A stretch of DNA of 64,000 nt, taken from assembly GCA_000002435.2 (NCBI GenBank), contig CM018793.1, one strand, 5' to 3'. The stretch comes from Giardia intestinalis. Taxonomy: Eukaryota. A model generated the notes under the pieces. The model did not search any database. It saw only the letters and a program-made list of their open reading frames with translations, and was not told the origin of the DNA. Shown here one piece after another: positions 9,715 to 19,720 of the stretch. Made by a program: the position numbers and the translations under genes. The stretch's first letter is position 1; every line of letters begins with the position of its first letter.

Positions 9715-10605
9715 TTATAGAACCCCCCACATGGTACAACAGGCCTCGCCGAAATTGCTCTTGAACACTCTGCGAATATCGCGTGCTAGATTACCGAAAA
9801 TAGCGTAGTTAAGCTTCACGTGCGGGCATTTGTCGTAATACATTGCCGTTGCGCGTGCACATCTCTCAACGTCACCCTTCTCTTCGACCGCCCTGAAGAT
9901 CAGGTACGCAGCGCCCTCGTTGGCATTGTTCAGGAAATGATGTGCAGTATGCGCGGCCGTTAGATCGTTCCCCTTGAACACTGTGCGCATACAATCGTGG
10001 ACAGTGCGCGACGTGGAAATTTCAAAGGCCTTTGAAATGCGCGCCCACTCATCGGGAGTTGTGGTGCCCAAGAGCTGAACAACGGCGTCCTCGTCTGCTT
10101 TCTTGCCACTGAGCGCCACGCGAAGCGCCTCTGCGTCTCCGGCGGGGTCATTTCGGGGTGCTCGACGAAATGCTATCCAAGAGAGGCAGAGGCGCGCCCA
10201 AAATGTCTTCGACCCAAGCTCTTGGAGCAGGTCGTTTGATAGATCGCGTCCAGTGCTGTTCTGATAGTACCTAGTAATGTAGTCCCATTCGTCCGGATTC
10301 GTTGTCAAAATATAGTCACATATTGCCTTTGGATTTTTGCCACCCTTCATCAGGGTTGTAAGATTTTGCGCCTTCATCTCTGGATACGGCTCCCAGGCCA
10401 TTGACATAAGACTTTGGAAGGGTCCTTTTTTGCAGTACATCTTGATGGCCTCACTTATGACGCGACCATGGTGCGCTTGGAAGGCGTTGGAAATCTCCTG
10501 ACGTTCTGCAGTTTTGTACCTCGCTGTTATCTTAAGCAAACCATCGTCGTTGCCATCGATTAGATGACGATTCAGCTCGTCTGCAACCTTGATAAAATCG
10601 ACCAT
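9715..10605 (-). CDS. Alpha-giardin paralog (annexin-like), about 296 aa
   Basis: Annexin-like repeats. C-terminus NYAIFGNLARDIRRVFKSNFGEACCTMWGVL. I chose the ATG at 10603-10605 (MVDFIKVADEL...) because it gives the family-typical length. The longer ATG at 10701 would leave only 15 bp to the next gene. Confidence 0.65.
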   Translation of the reverse strand: MVDFIKVADELNRHLIDGNDDGLLKITARYKTAERQEISNAFQAHHGRVISEAIKMYCKKGPFQSLMSMAWEPYPEMKAQNLTTLMKGGKNPKAICDYILTTNPDEWDYITRYYQNSTGRDLSNDLLQELGSKTFWARLCLSWIAFRRAPRNDPAGDAEALRVALSGKKADEDAVVQLLGTTTPDEWARISKAFEISTSRTVHDCMRTVFKGNDLTAAHTAHHFLNNANEGAAYLIFRAVEEKGDVERCARATAMYYDKCPHVKLNYAIFGNLARDIRRVFKSNFGEACCTMWGVL

Positions 10606-10715
10606 TTGGTTTTTATCTGCTCGCGTGTTTGTAAATTGACAAGGACAGATATTTTTGTCAACTTTTTTGTTAATTTTACTCTTTTCATAGAATTTTTTCA
10701 TCTATTTGGCGGACG

Positions 10716-13382
10716 ATGTCTCTGGCCGATATTTCCAGTAAACGGGACAAGTTGATCTCCGTCCTGGAAGCAGCGCGAGAGGAAGTAAAGAAACACAAAA
10801 AGTCTATCGCTAGTTGCAACCACGAAAGCTTCGACTGTAATGCAACCATGAAGGGTCTTTACGATACCAAGACAGTGATCGTTATGGCTCTAGGCGAAAA
10901 CGACAGTCTCATAGAAGATATAAACACGGCTATATCACAGGAGGATAACATTCTTAGCGAACCTTCTACGAAAGGACGACTCTTGTTTGCGGATTTGCTA
11001 GCTTTGAAAGAGAGTTTTTTAGCGACTAACGATCTCACAGATACATCCATTATAGAGCTCAAGTCATTGCTGGCACGGATAAAACCTGACTTGCTCAACA
11101 CCGCACTGGAGATGGACAAGCAAGTTCCACATTACTTGCCCACCCGGTCCACCCCAGATATTAGCGCGTCTAACGATCGCCGGTCGTTCTTGAGTAATCT
11201 GGATTCGTCCCGTGATGAAGGGCCTCAACCAGCTTCGGCAAAGGACGAATCAATGACTCACAAAGCTGACACTCTTCCATCTTCTGATTTGTCCGCTAAA
11301 GATGCTTATAACAAATTGGTATATTCGCACATCCCTGTTATCGATCACTATATGACTGCGCCAAGAAGCACGGAGTGTGTTGAAACAAAAGATCAAGCGT
11401 CTGCACAGAGAAGCGACTCCATAGCAATGCAGCAGGAATCGCAAGCTGATGCAGCAGCAACAGCCAAAGATATGGCCACAAAGCTGGAACGTCGCAAGAA
11501 TCGAGTGACCGCTGCACTGTCTGCTGCAGATTCGATTCGCAAAAACAGGTCCAAGCCTGCCTCCGCATTGTGCACTGATTCGGAGAAGGCTGCTCCTAAA
11601 GTGAGAATTAATCTATCCTCTTCTTATAACCGAAGACCTAACGCATCAGTAACCACTGACGATGATGCCCGTGTAGACATTGCAGCACGACGTGTTATGT
11701 ATAGACAACTTATGTTTCCAAGGTCTCAATCTGAACGGCGCCCTAGACGACAACAGCACACGAGTTCGAGCCTGCCGCCGCGCTCTCTGGAATCAAGTCT
11801 CTCTCTTAGACAAATGTGTACCCCGAAGCTTGCTGTCTCAAAGCGCCCTCTGTCTTCCATCTGTTCCACTGCACCGCATCCGTCTCATAGAGATTACACT
11901 ACAGAGCGAGAAGCCAAGGGCTGGCCAAAAGCGTCAGACAAATATGATATAGCACAGATTATGCATCCACCAAGAAACATATATGGGTGCAAGAAGCAAA
12001 TGAAGACAAGCACATGGAAGCGCTATAAGTATCAGGAGGAAGCATGTGCTCCATTCCGCAAGCTCAATCCTACGTATGACAATTCTCTCCACGGTGGGTT
12101 ACGCTATGATAAGGACCCCACACTTACCTACTCCGTAAAAAACAGGCCTCATTACCACCCATCATGGAGAGGCCCAGAAGATGTGCAGCAGGAAGTAGCG
12201 TCCAAAATACATTACGAAGGATTGCACAGTAAAGAAGATTATGTCCACTCAAGCATAGAGCATAACCCATTCCATAATAATGCGACCACGTCAGCGACGC
12301 GCGCTGGGCGCAAAGAACTTACGGAGGATCACTATAGCAACGGTGCTAATCGACGTAAGCTCGCTTGGGACCACTCTGCAAAGAAATATGAGAGCAGGAT
12401 GGAGGTAGCAGAAAGAAAACACACAACAAGGCGGCACCACACCTACGTTACTCACACCCCTCAGCCGACCATCGAAGAGCCAGGCCTATATAGCATAAAA
12501 AAGACAGTGTACTCTCTCAAAAACCAACTCAACGACGCGAAGGCAGAAATCAGATGGCTTAAGAACCAGATGGCGTCTCAGAACAACACTGTAGCCTCCT
12601 TTGGAAACTCTATTACCGATGTTGCCAAGGGCATCATGAGGGATAATGTTCGTGTTGCATCGTTAGTCCGCGCCAACAATGACTTGGTGAAAAGGGAATC
12701 AAACCTGCTAAACGCCAAAATTACTGCAGTTAAGCTCAAAGCGGAAAGGCAGCACAACGCTACAAGAGCAGAATCCAGAAGCTATCGTGAGCAAGATACT
12801 GCACACTATAGTAACACTGACAGCGAAGTAGAATCTGACGATCACCACTTTGTTGATCTACTTGCGCCATACAAGACGGGCGACGGGATTATGAGTGCCC
12901 AGAAGCCAGTCGTTGTTCTCGGCCACATTTTAGACAGTCAAGAAAATGTCATGCTGCGTCGTAGTGCAGATGCAATTGACACGTTGTCAACCATGTCGAC
13001 AGCCCTCGACAGTCTGCACTTGTCTAACTCACGTTCACAACCAACATCTGCTCTTCAGGACTCTAACAAATCGTTGCAGCGACCTAAGATCAACCCTACT
13101 CACGACATACTATCCATACCAAGCACTCAGGATGCATGCAAAAAGGGCTTGAGAAGAACATGTGATTGCTCGCGGTGCTCACGTAACATGAATAGAGGAT
13201 TCCTGCAAACAATGGGGGACTTCGCAGATCCACCACTGACGGGATCAGCGCCCAAAGCCAACGCAGACTCCATAGCATTTGCACAGAAAATGATGTCAGC
13301 AGATATGGCCGATGGATACTATCAGCGTAGATTTGTTGCTGCTGCTGTTAAGAATATATCAAATAGACCCAGGTATGATTGA
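10716..13382 (+). CDS. Hypothetical protein (888 aa), low complexity with coiled-coil segments
   Basis: True ATG at 10716 and a long uninterrupted ORF. The Ser/Thr-rich middle and the coiled-coil segment (KAEIRWLKNQMASQNN...) are Giardia-specific in look. Confidence 0.5.
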   Translation: MSLADISSKRDKLISVLEAAREEVKKHKKSIASCNHESFDCNATMKGLYDTKTVIVMALGENDSLIEDINTAISQEDNILSEPSTKGRLLFADLLALKESFLATNDLTDTSIIELKSLLARIKPDLLNTALEMDKQVPHYLPTRSTPDISASNDRRSFLSNLDSSRDEGPQPASAKDESMTHKADTLPSSDLSAKDAYNKLVYSHIPVIDHYMTAPRSTECVETKDQASAQRSDSIAMQQESQADAAATAKDMATKLERRKNRVTAALSAADSIRKNRSKPASALCTDSEKAAPKVRINLSSSYNRRPNASVTTDDDARVDIAARRVMYRQLMFPRSQSERRPRRQQHTSSSLPPRSLESSLSLRQMCTPKLAVSKRPLSSICSTAPHPSHRDYTTEREAKGWPKASDKYDIAQIMHPPRNIYGCKKQMKTSTWKRYKYQEEACAPFRKLNPTYDNSLHGGLRYDKDPTLTYSVKNRPHYHPSWRGPEDVQQEVASKIHYEGLHSKEDYVHSSIEHNPFHNNATTSATRAGRKELTEDHYSNGANRRKLAWDHSAKKYESRMEVAERKHTTRRHHTYVTHTPQPTIEEPGLYSIKKTVYSLKNQLNDAKAEIRWLKNQMASQNNTVASFGNSITDVAKGIMRDNVRVASLVRANNDLVKRESNLLNAKITAVKLKAERQHNATRAESRSYREQDTAHYSNTDSEVESDDHHFVDLLAPYKTGDGIMSAQKPVVVLGHILDSQENVMLRRSADAIDTLSTMSTALDSLHLSNSRSQPTSALQDSNKSLQRPKINPTHDILSIPSTQDACKKGLRRTCDCSRCSRNMNRGFLQTMGDFADPPLTGSAPKANADSIAFAQKMMSADMADGYYQRRFVAAAVKNISNRPRYD

Positions 13383-13439
13383 AACTTCTACCTATTGTAA
13401 ATTTATGACTGTTAGATCTTGCTTGTTCACTTAAATTCA

Positions 13440-15656
13440 ATGACTACAAATCCCGTTGTAACTAGCCTCCTGTTAACTATCAACGAGATATCCCAACGCC
13501 AGGACACAACAATGCGTTTTGTTGAGCGGATAACGAAGCAGCTAGGTCATTTAAAAGGCGTAGTAGAATCCAGTCAGGGCCCGTTCCCAGGCTCCAAGAT
13601 GACAAAAGAGGAGTTAGCTACATCGTTGGGAGAGATACTAAAATACATAGAAGCTAATTTATTAGAGACTAACGATGTTCGTGAGCTGCTTTCAGGCTTG
13701 GAGGAGACACTTAATGGAATTGGTTCATCGTCAGACAAAGCCCTATTGAAAACCAAGCTGAGCCTAGGTCTTTCTGATTGCTACCTTATAATGGAGGGAC
13801 TTCTTGCAGCGAAAGACATAGGGCAATACATCCTATTAAATACTGACAAAGAAACTAAGCAAGACACGCCTTCAGAATTAGATACCGATAAGCAAGATGA
13901 TGAGCTTTCCATTCACGTTGATATATTATCAGAGAGCCTCGCCGATGAAGCGTCCTTATTGACAGTGGGAGAAAAGCTACCTGACCTTGAACGACGAGTC
14001 AAATTCGATCACGATAACGGGTCCTCTCTCAGTAGCCTTCCTGAATCAACTGTGCTGACTAGTTTGACTAGCGTCTGCCCTGCTGGATCACCTAATTCTG
14101 CGAAGAGTGCTTCAAAAACATCTATACAAGCAAAATTAGAAGAGTTTCTAGCAATTAGAGCTAGTGCAAAACAGAAGAAGCCCGAACTTGTCACCAAGCT
14201 TCCTCCAGCTGTGCCCCAACAACATGGAAAGAACCCCCCGATCTCATCTCTCAACCTAAGCGTGACCAGTGTGGATTCCAATGCAAATGATAGCCTGATA
14301 ACAGAGCCAGCTCCCTTGGCCGTTAGTGCCAGTGTGCTAGACCCCACGGAGCCACAGAATGGCCGCCAAAACATCGCACCAATACAATCTCTCAAAACCC
14401 TGGAATCTGTCTCAGAACTAGAACAGCGAAACCTGGAGAAGAAACATAACCCTATGACTAACCCACAGCAAGCATTGATAAAGTCTAATCGAAGTAATAA
14501 AAGTTGCACTGGGACTAGTACACGCTCTGGAAGTACTAACAGGACCCCCTTAAGAGCCATAAATACACCTCACCAGAGCAGCCAACCAGCCCAGACTGCA
14601 GTAAGACCTAGCTCTGTTAAGAAGTCTAGACCTATAGTGTTATTGGACAATGTTTCTTTGAGCATGGCGACTTCACCGCAACAGGTTCAAGCCACGGAGC
14701 TTACAGGCCATCCTGTGAAGAATTATTCGGGTAAAATATCCAAGCGGACTCCGTGCTCGATGCCTGCCACGCCGACAAAGTTTATATCTCCTAAGCAGCC
14801 TCAAGCGAAGTCATACTATAGTACCCCTACCTCCACAACACCAACCTCAGTACAGGTGGGGCGTTTACCCTCGCCACCCAAGCTATCATCTCGTTCTCCA
14901 TCCTCTGGTTCCCCAGCAACGGCCTCTTCGCAGGCTCGGCTAGTTATTAAAAACATGGAGGAGCAGGCTTTGAAACAGGACGCTATAATAAAGGGTTTGG
15001 CTACAGAGCTACAATCTATGAAACGGAAGGTCGAGGACATGCAGACTGATTATAGGCAGCAGGAAGAGGAAGTTAAGCAATTACTCTTAGAGTCTTCCAA
15101 GGTCCAGAATGAGTACGAAGAAAAAATCCGTAAACTCAAAGATGAGCTCGCTGAGCAAAGAGATCTAGCAATTTATTGGAGAGAAAAGGCACAGCAATGG
15201 GAGGAGATGAATCAGGCTTTAAGCCACCAGATTGCAATGTTTAAATACAACAAAGATGATTCCATTATACCCGTTTCACATGGGGACACCGATGGTGAGA
15301 ATTCAGAAGGTGCCAGCTCAATTGCAGGTACATATGCACACAAAAGCAGAGAGCCTACACACTCTACGTCCATAATTCAGCAACCCAGCAAAATACAGAG
15401 TAAGCCAGACTACACTACCTTATCTGATGAGAAGTACAACAGGCTAGAAACAGACTATCTTAATGGACGCCTAGGAAACTATTACAGCCTCAATAGAGAA
15501 AGATTTTCACAGAAGACCTTATCTGTGATAGATCTATACAAGATTCTTGGTAACTATGATCGTCAAATTGCAGAGCTGATGCATTCAAACAAAGATTTAG
15601 AGGAAAAGTTGGATGTATATCAGGGTCTGTTTAGGGCTATTTCAGGGGCCGATTGA
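13440..15656 (+). CDS. Hypothetical Ser/Thr/Pro-rich protein with a C-terminal coiled coil (about 738 aa)
   Basis: The track start at 13419 is a TTG. The first ATG is at 13440 (MTTNPVV...), preceded by cttaaattca. The C-terminal coiled coil includes LQSMKRKVEDMQTDYRQQEEEVKQLLLE. Confidence 0.5.
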   Translation: MTTNPVVTSLLLTINEISQRQDTTMRFVERITKQLGHLKGVVESSQGPFPGSKMTKEELATSLGEILKYIEANLLETNDVRELLSGLEETLNGIGSSSDKALLKTKLSLGLSDCYLIMEGLLAAKDIGQYILLNTDKETKQDTPSELDTDKQDDELSIHVDILSESLADEASLLTVGEKLPDLERRVKFDHDNGSSLSSLPESTVLTSLTSVCPAGSPNSAKSASKTSIQAKLEEFLAIRASAKQKKPELVTKLPPAVPQQHGKNPPISSLNLSVTSVDSNANDSLITEPAPLAVSASVLDPTEPQNGRQNIAPIQSLKTLESVSELEQRNLEKKHNPMTNPQQALIKSNRSNKSCTGTSTRSGSTNRTPLRAINTPHQSSQPAQTAVRPSSVKKSRPIVLLDNVSLSMATSPQQVQATELTGHPVKNYSGKISKRTPCSMPATPTKFISPKQPQAKSYYSTPTSTTPTSVQVGRLPSPPKLSSRSPSSGSPATASSQARLVIKNMEEQALKQDAIIKGLATELQSMKRKVEDMQTDYRQQEEEVKQLLLESSKVQNEYEEKIRKLKDELAEQRDLAIYWREKAQQWEEMNQALSHQIAMFKYNKDDSIIPVSHGDTDGENSEGASSIAGTYAHKSREPTHSTSIIQQPSKIQSKPDYTTLSDEKYNRLETDYLNGRLGNYYSLNRERFSQKTLSVIDLYKILGNYDRQIAELMHSNKDLEEKLDVYQGLFRAISGAD

Positions 15657-15744
15657 TATCTTTTGAGAGTCCTGATGTGATGCGGATAAGAAAGTTGTTT
15701 TATCTGCTTCGGAAGAGAAGAGATAAAAACTTCACATCACAAGC

Positions 15745-17754
15745 ATGCGCCGAACATTTGTGCTCGTTGCGTCATCCGATATCCTTTGCGTCAGTTTCTG
15801 TCTTTCTCGTATCACCGGTGCTCCTCTTACAGCAACAACATTTCGCGCTCCCTCTGACGAAACTGCTGATCTTCGTCGACAACTGTTTTCTGGCCTACTC
15901 TCCGTCAGAAACAGGGTGGTCTTGCCCTGGATAGATATTATTAGTGAAGATAATGCGTCTTTTTGCGTGCTGACTAAGATGTCGACTGGTATGCCTCTGC
16001 CGATTTTTTGGAAAGTATATAGGGCAGTTGAGGGCTCTGATGCTGCTTTCAGAGTGATTCGTTTATTAGTAACATTTATACTCACTGTAGAAAATCAAGT
16101 ACAATCTTCACTTATAAAAATATTGGTGTACAGCTTAGCCAATTGTCACGACTTAACTGTTAACGGAGATGGGTTCCTCGTGCTGTATATAGATGGGCCC
16201 AAGCTAATTAGTCGTTTGCCACTCGTTATGAGACCAGTACTTGGTCTTCAACAGCAGTTTCTCTGGCGTATAATGACTCACCTTCTCAAAGACCCAGATA
16301 GAGTTGGTGATACTACAGTAGAGCCTCCATCACTGTCTCAATTACACGGTTGGCCGGATAAGGTACTTTACTTTTTGAGGGATTTGTGTGCATATCCGGT
16401 TGTTTTGTCTGTAGGTGTTGCTGATACTTGCTCTTATCTAAGCAGCTATCCCAACCCTTGGCACATCCCCTTGCACACACTGCGGGCAAACCCGGTTTCA
16501 AGCTCCCTCAACTCGGTACAATCGTCCGAGCTCTTTGGGGAATCTATGGAGCTGCTCAACACATACATCGATATGAACTCTCGGTTGCGACAGCCTGAGT
16601 TCAAGGGCCTCCTACTTACAGCCGAGATATACCCGTGGAAGATTCCCGTTGGTGCTCTGGCCCGAGCATATATGTACGGCAGGTCAACTCTTGCTGTGGA
16701 GGAAGCATTCTCCTTAGCCATGCAGCGAGGCAACTACGGCATCCTGGCTGGCATGGCACACCTTTGTAAGTCAACCAACATAAAGCTGACATCTCTTATG
16801 CTGGAAGTTCTGCGTCAAGCAGATCCTGATGTCTCATGCTGCAGCTTCGTCTTATCTGAAAAAGATAAAGAAACCTTATGGCTGAACTCCACACATGGGT
16901 ATTCTGCACTTATGTTTGCTGTATTGACACGCAATAAGACAATAGTCGAATGCATTTTGCCCCATGAAGTGACTATGACGAATGCCTGCGGACACAGTGC
17001 CCTCGCCATTGCCCGGCAGCTTAGGCTAGAGCCTATATGTGCTGTGCTTACGCGCTACCTTCCTACTTATGATGCATTTGGAAACACCTATTTACACACG
17101 GTTGTTCAAGAGAACGGCGAGAATACAGATGCAATTAAGCAACATATATTTCTTTCTCAGATACAAAATAGCGCAGGAGAGTACGCCATCATGATAGCCT
17201 ACCGGCTAAAGAAATATAAGGTCCTTTCTGTCCTTTCGCAGTCTGAAGGCCGCCTCGTCCATCCAGTGACTATTTGTCATAACAATCTATCTATCTCTAA
17301 ACTCTCTGTACTTCAGCTTGCTGCTCTTGATGGGGATGGTGCCGCTGTGCGTGCTGTTAAGCAATACGGTCACTCTGTTGTCACCGATCATGGCTACACT
17401 GCATTGATGTTTGCCGCCGAAAGAGGACACAGTGACATAGTTCGTGAGCTGGCTCCATTTGAGGCACGACAGACAAATGACGCGGGAAAGACAGCCTTGT
17501 TGTTGGCTATATGTGCCGGACACTTGGATGTGGTTAAGGTCTTGGCGGACTATGAGACAAGGCTAACAGATAGCACAGGGTGGTGCCCTCTTGAACAGGC
17601 AGTGAGACGTAGCAGAATAGGCATGGTCGAAGTGCTTGCACCATATGAGGCCAAGATCTTTGGGGCAAGGGCCATCGATGCAGTTGACTCATCAGCATTT
17701 ATTGCACAGGCTAACCGCCGTTCTATTAAGGAGATCATCAGAAAATACATGTGA
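15745..17754 (+). CDS. Ankyrin-repeat protein (Giardia 'protein 21.1' type), 669 aa
   Basis: True ATG at 15745 with an AT-rich upstream region. The C-terminal half carries tandem ANK repeats (GYSALMFAVLTRNKTIVECIL, GHSALAIARQL, GYTALMFAAERGHSDIVREL, GKTALLLAICAGHLDVVKVL). Confidence 0.75.
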   Translation: MRRTFVLVASSDILCVSFCLSRITGAPLTATTFRAPSDETADLRRQLFSGLLSVRNRVVLPWIDIISEDNASFCVLTKMSTGMPLPIFWKVYRAVEGSDAAFRVIRLLVTFILTVENQVQSSLIKILVYSLANCHDLTVNGDGFLVLYIDGPKLISRLPLVMRPVLGLQQQFLWRIMTHLLKDPDRVGDTTVEPPSLSQLHGWPDKVLYFLRDLCAYPVVLSVGVADTCSYLSSYPNPWHIPLHTLRANPVSSSLNSVQSSELFGESMELLNTYIDMNSRLRQPEFKGLLLTAEIYPWKIPVGALARAYMYGRSTLAVEEAFSLAMQRGNYGILAGMAHLCKSTNIKLTSLMLEVLRQADPDVSCCSFVLSEKDKETLWLNSTHGYSALMFAVLTRNKTIVECILPHEVTMTNACGHSALAIARQLRLEPICAVLTRYLPTYDAFGNTYLHTVVQENGENTDAIKQHIFLSQIQNSAGEYAIMIAYRLKKYKVLSVLSQSEGRLVHPVTICHNNLSISKLSVLQLAALDGDGAAVRAVKQYGHSVVTDHGYTALMFAAERGHSDIVRELAPFEARQTNDAGKTALLLAICAGHLDVVKVLADYETRLTDSTGWCPLEQAVRRSRIGMVEVLAPYEAKIFGARAIDAVDSSAFIAQANRRSIKEIIRKYM

Positions 17755-17799
17755 TGCCTTTAGACGAGAAAAGCAATCCTACCTTAATTTACAAGCGTT

Positions 17800-18306
17800 C
17801 TACTTGGAGTCCTCATTGAACAGAGTAACGTACTGTGATAAAACTTCTTCTAAATTATCATCTCCAAAGATGGCAAATGGCTTCAAGACAATGCATTGAA
17901 AAAGCCGACCCATGGCACACACAGGTCTTGATATTTCATAAGGCGTTATGGTTTCCATGTAACTATCTAAGGTAGCTCCGCAGGTCATTATTACGCGCCA
18001 CTTCTTCTGTGCAAGTGGCTTCTGAGCACCCCCTGCCCATTCTATAGTGAACACACAGTCCAGAAATGCCTTCATAGATGCTGGACAATTATACCAATAC
18101 ACTGGGTACTGGAAGAAGATGGCGTCTGCCTTTTCGATGCGTCGCTGCTCCTCGGCTATCTGCTCTTTGGATAAAACGAGGGCGGGATATAGCCCATCGA
18201 GATGCCGTATCTTTATATTCTTCTGGTCGCGCACCTTGTCTAGGAGGGTCTTATTTACTTTGGAAGCCGGCTCCAACGGGTGTGAATAGTAAAGAAGAAT
18301 CCTCAT
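17800..18306 (-). CDS. Flavodoxin-like NAD(P)H:quinone oxidoreductase (KefG/KefF / general-stress-protein-14 type), copy 1
   Basis: MRILLYYSHP, then LYPAL...EQRRIEKADAIFFQYPVYWYNCPASMKAFLDCVF, then KKWRVIMTCGA. This aligns motif-for-motif with bacterial KefG ([44 protein letters not shown]). ATG at 18304-18306. Confidence 0.8.
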   Translation of the reverse strand: MRILLYYSHPLEPASKVNKTLLDKVRDQKNIKIRHLDGLYPALVLSKEQIAEEQRRIEKADAIFFQYPVYWYNCPASMKAFLDCVFTIEWAGGAQKPLAQKKWRVIMTCGATLDSYMETITPYEISRPVCAMGRLFQCIVLKPFAIFGDDNLEEVLSQYVTLFNEDSK

Positions 18307-18361
18307 TTTTATGTACCTTCTCCAATCCAAGGTTGTGCCTTTGAAACATGCAAACCGGAAT

Positions 18362-18856
18362 TTACTTAAAGAGCTTCAAATAGTTATCCACTAGTGTGTC
18401 CTTGTCAGTGTCAGCAAAAACGATGAAAGGCGGGAGCGGATCGCACTTGCAGAACTTGAAGCTTTGGTTAAAAGGCTTAGCTAAGTCGCTTGCAGAAAGT
18501 TCTCCGCCATAGCCTTCCATCTTCCCTCCGCACGTGCAGATGACACGGAACTTCTTGCCCGCGATCACGGCCTTGGAGCCGAAGGCCCACCCGTACGTCA
18601 GCACGCTATCCATAAAGACCTTAAGAGAAGGCGGTGATGAATACCAATGCACGGGGAACTGGAAGAAAACTGCGTCCGCCTTCTCTATGATCCTTTGCTC
18701 CTCGCTGACCTGCTCAGGGGTCATATGCAGGCTCGGGTAGAGCTCATCCAGCCAGCGGACTTTTACGTTTCCGAGCTTCTTGGCCTCCTCAACGAGGGGT
18801 GCGTTGACGACGCTCTTCAACTCCGCAGGGTGGGAGTAGTAGAGGACGATACGCAT
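18362..18856 (-). CDS. Flavodoxin-like NAD(P)H:quinone oxidoreductase (KefG/KefF type), copy 2, a tandem paralog
   Basis: MRIVLYYSHPAE...AVFFQFPVHWYSSPPSLKVFMDSVL...KKFRVICTCGG. About 55% identical to copy 1. ATG at 18854-18856. Confidence 0.8.
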   Translation of the reverse strand: MRIVLYYSHPAELKSVVNAPLVEEAKKLGNVKVRWLDELYPSLHMTPEQVSEEQRIIEKADAVFFQFPVHWYSSPPSLKVFMDSVLTYGWAFGSKAVIAGKKFRVICTCGGKMEGYGGELSASDLAKPFNQSFKFCKCDPLPPFIVFADTDKDTLVDNYLKLFK

Positions 18857-18904
18857 TTTTAAACGGCTGAATAATATCAACCACAATAATTTGAGGCAAA
18901 TTGT

Positions 18905-19678
18905 TTATAGCCATATGAGGCAAACGATAAGAATGACCCCAAAGACAATCGCTAATGTCAAATATTTGCAGTCATTGTGACGGCAGAGAAGGCGAGAGGC
19001 TGCCTTGGCACGGCCCGTCGCAACCCTTGCATCTGCAGTTCGAGCATCAATATCCGCACCCAGGTCATCAATCAGTCGAGCATCTTCGTCTAGCCCAGCA
19101 CGGAGTAAAATCTGGTGGTGTTTGAGCTTTGTAACAGGGTCTTGCAGATTCGCTGCCATGGAAACCAGCTCCTGCATCTTAGAAGCCTGGTCGTGCGCCC
19201 TTTCCCATGCATCTATGGCTGCCATTCCCCCTCCCATCTTCTTCGCACTCATGGAATTGATAGCTTTTACAACTGTCTGCTTGAGCGCCACATATTCTTC
19301 AATATACCCATTGAGGATCTTTGTCTGCTGCATGGTGTTCGCATTCTCTAACGACCCTCCCGCCTTCATGTCCTGGTGACGAGCCTTTTCGCTGGAGTGA
19401 ACCCCGGTGCCGCCACCTGTATCCGCGCCTTCGTCGGTGCCAAGGCCAGCATCAGCGTCATCCTCTAGGCTCGGACTCACGCCTTGCAGATGTGTCTTCG
19501 TCTCCAAAAGACGCATTAGGGTCGTCTCGATCTCCCGCCGGATAATGGTGCCCTGGCTCTCCAGCCCCGGGTCGAACCCTACAGACCGAGAAACGGCCTG
19601 TGTAAATCCTTGCACACGTGATTCCAGTGCAGGCAGCTCCCTGCTAATCTTATAGTCGATCTCAATGAAACTGTACAT
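18905..19678 (-). CDS. Tail-anchored coiled-coil membrane protein, possibly a syntaxin/SNARE-like protein (257 aa)
   Basis: True ATG at 19676-19678. A single C-terminal TM segment (YLTLAIVFGVILIVCLIWL*) follows a predicted coiled coil (ASKMQELVSMAANLQDPVTKLKHHQ...), which is the architecture of Q-SNAREs. No strict SNARE signature was verified. Confidence 0.45.
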   Translation of the reverse strand: MYSFIEIDYKISRELPALESRVQGFTQAVSRSVGFDPGLESQGTIIRREIETTLMRLLETKTHLQGVSPSLEDDADAGLGTDEGADTGGGTGVHSSEKARHQDMKAGGSLENANTMQQTKILNGYIEEYVALKQTVVKAINSMSAKKMGGGMAAIDAWERAHDQASKMQELVSMAANLQDPVTKLKHHQILLRAGLDEDARLIDDLGADIDARTADARVATGRAKAASRLLCRHNDCKYLTLAIVFGVILIVCLIWL

Positions 19679-19720
19679 TAAGTTTATATCTTGGCGTTTT
19701 CAGATTTCACACTACAGCCG

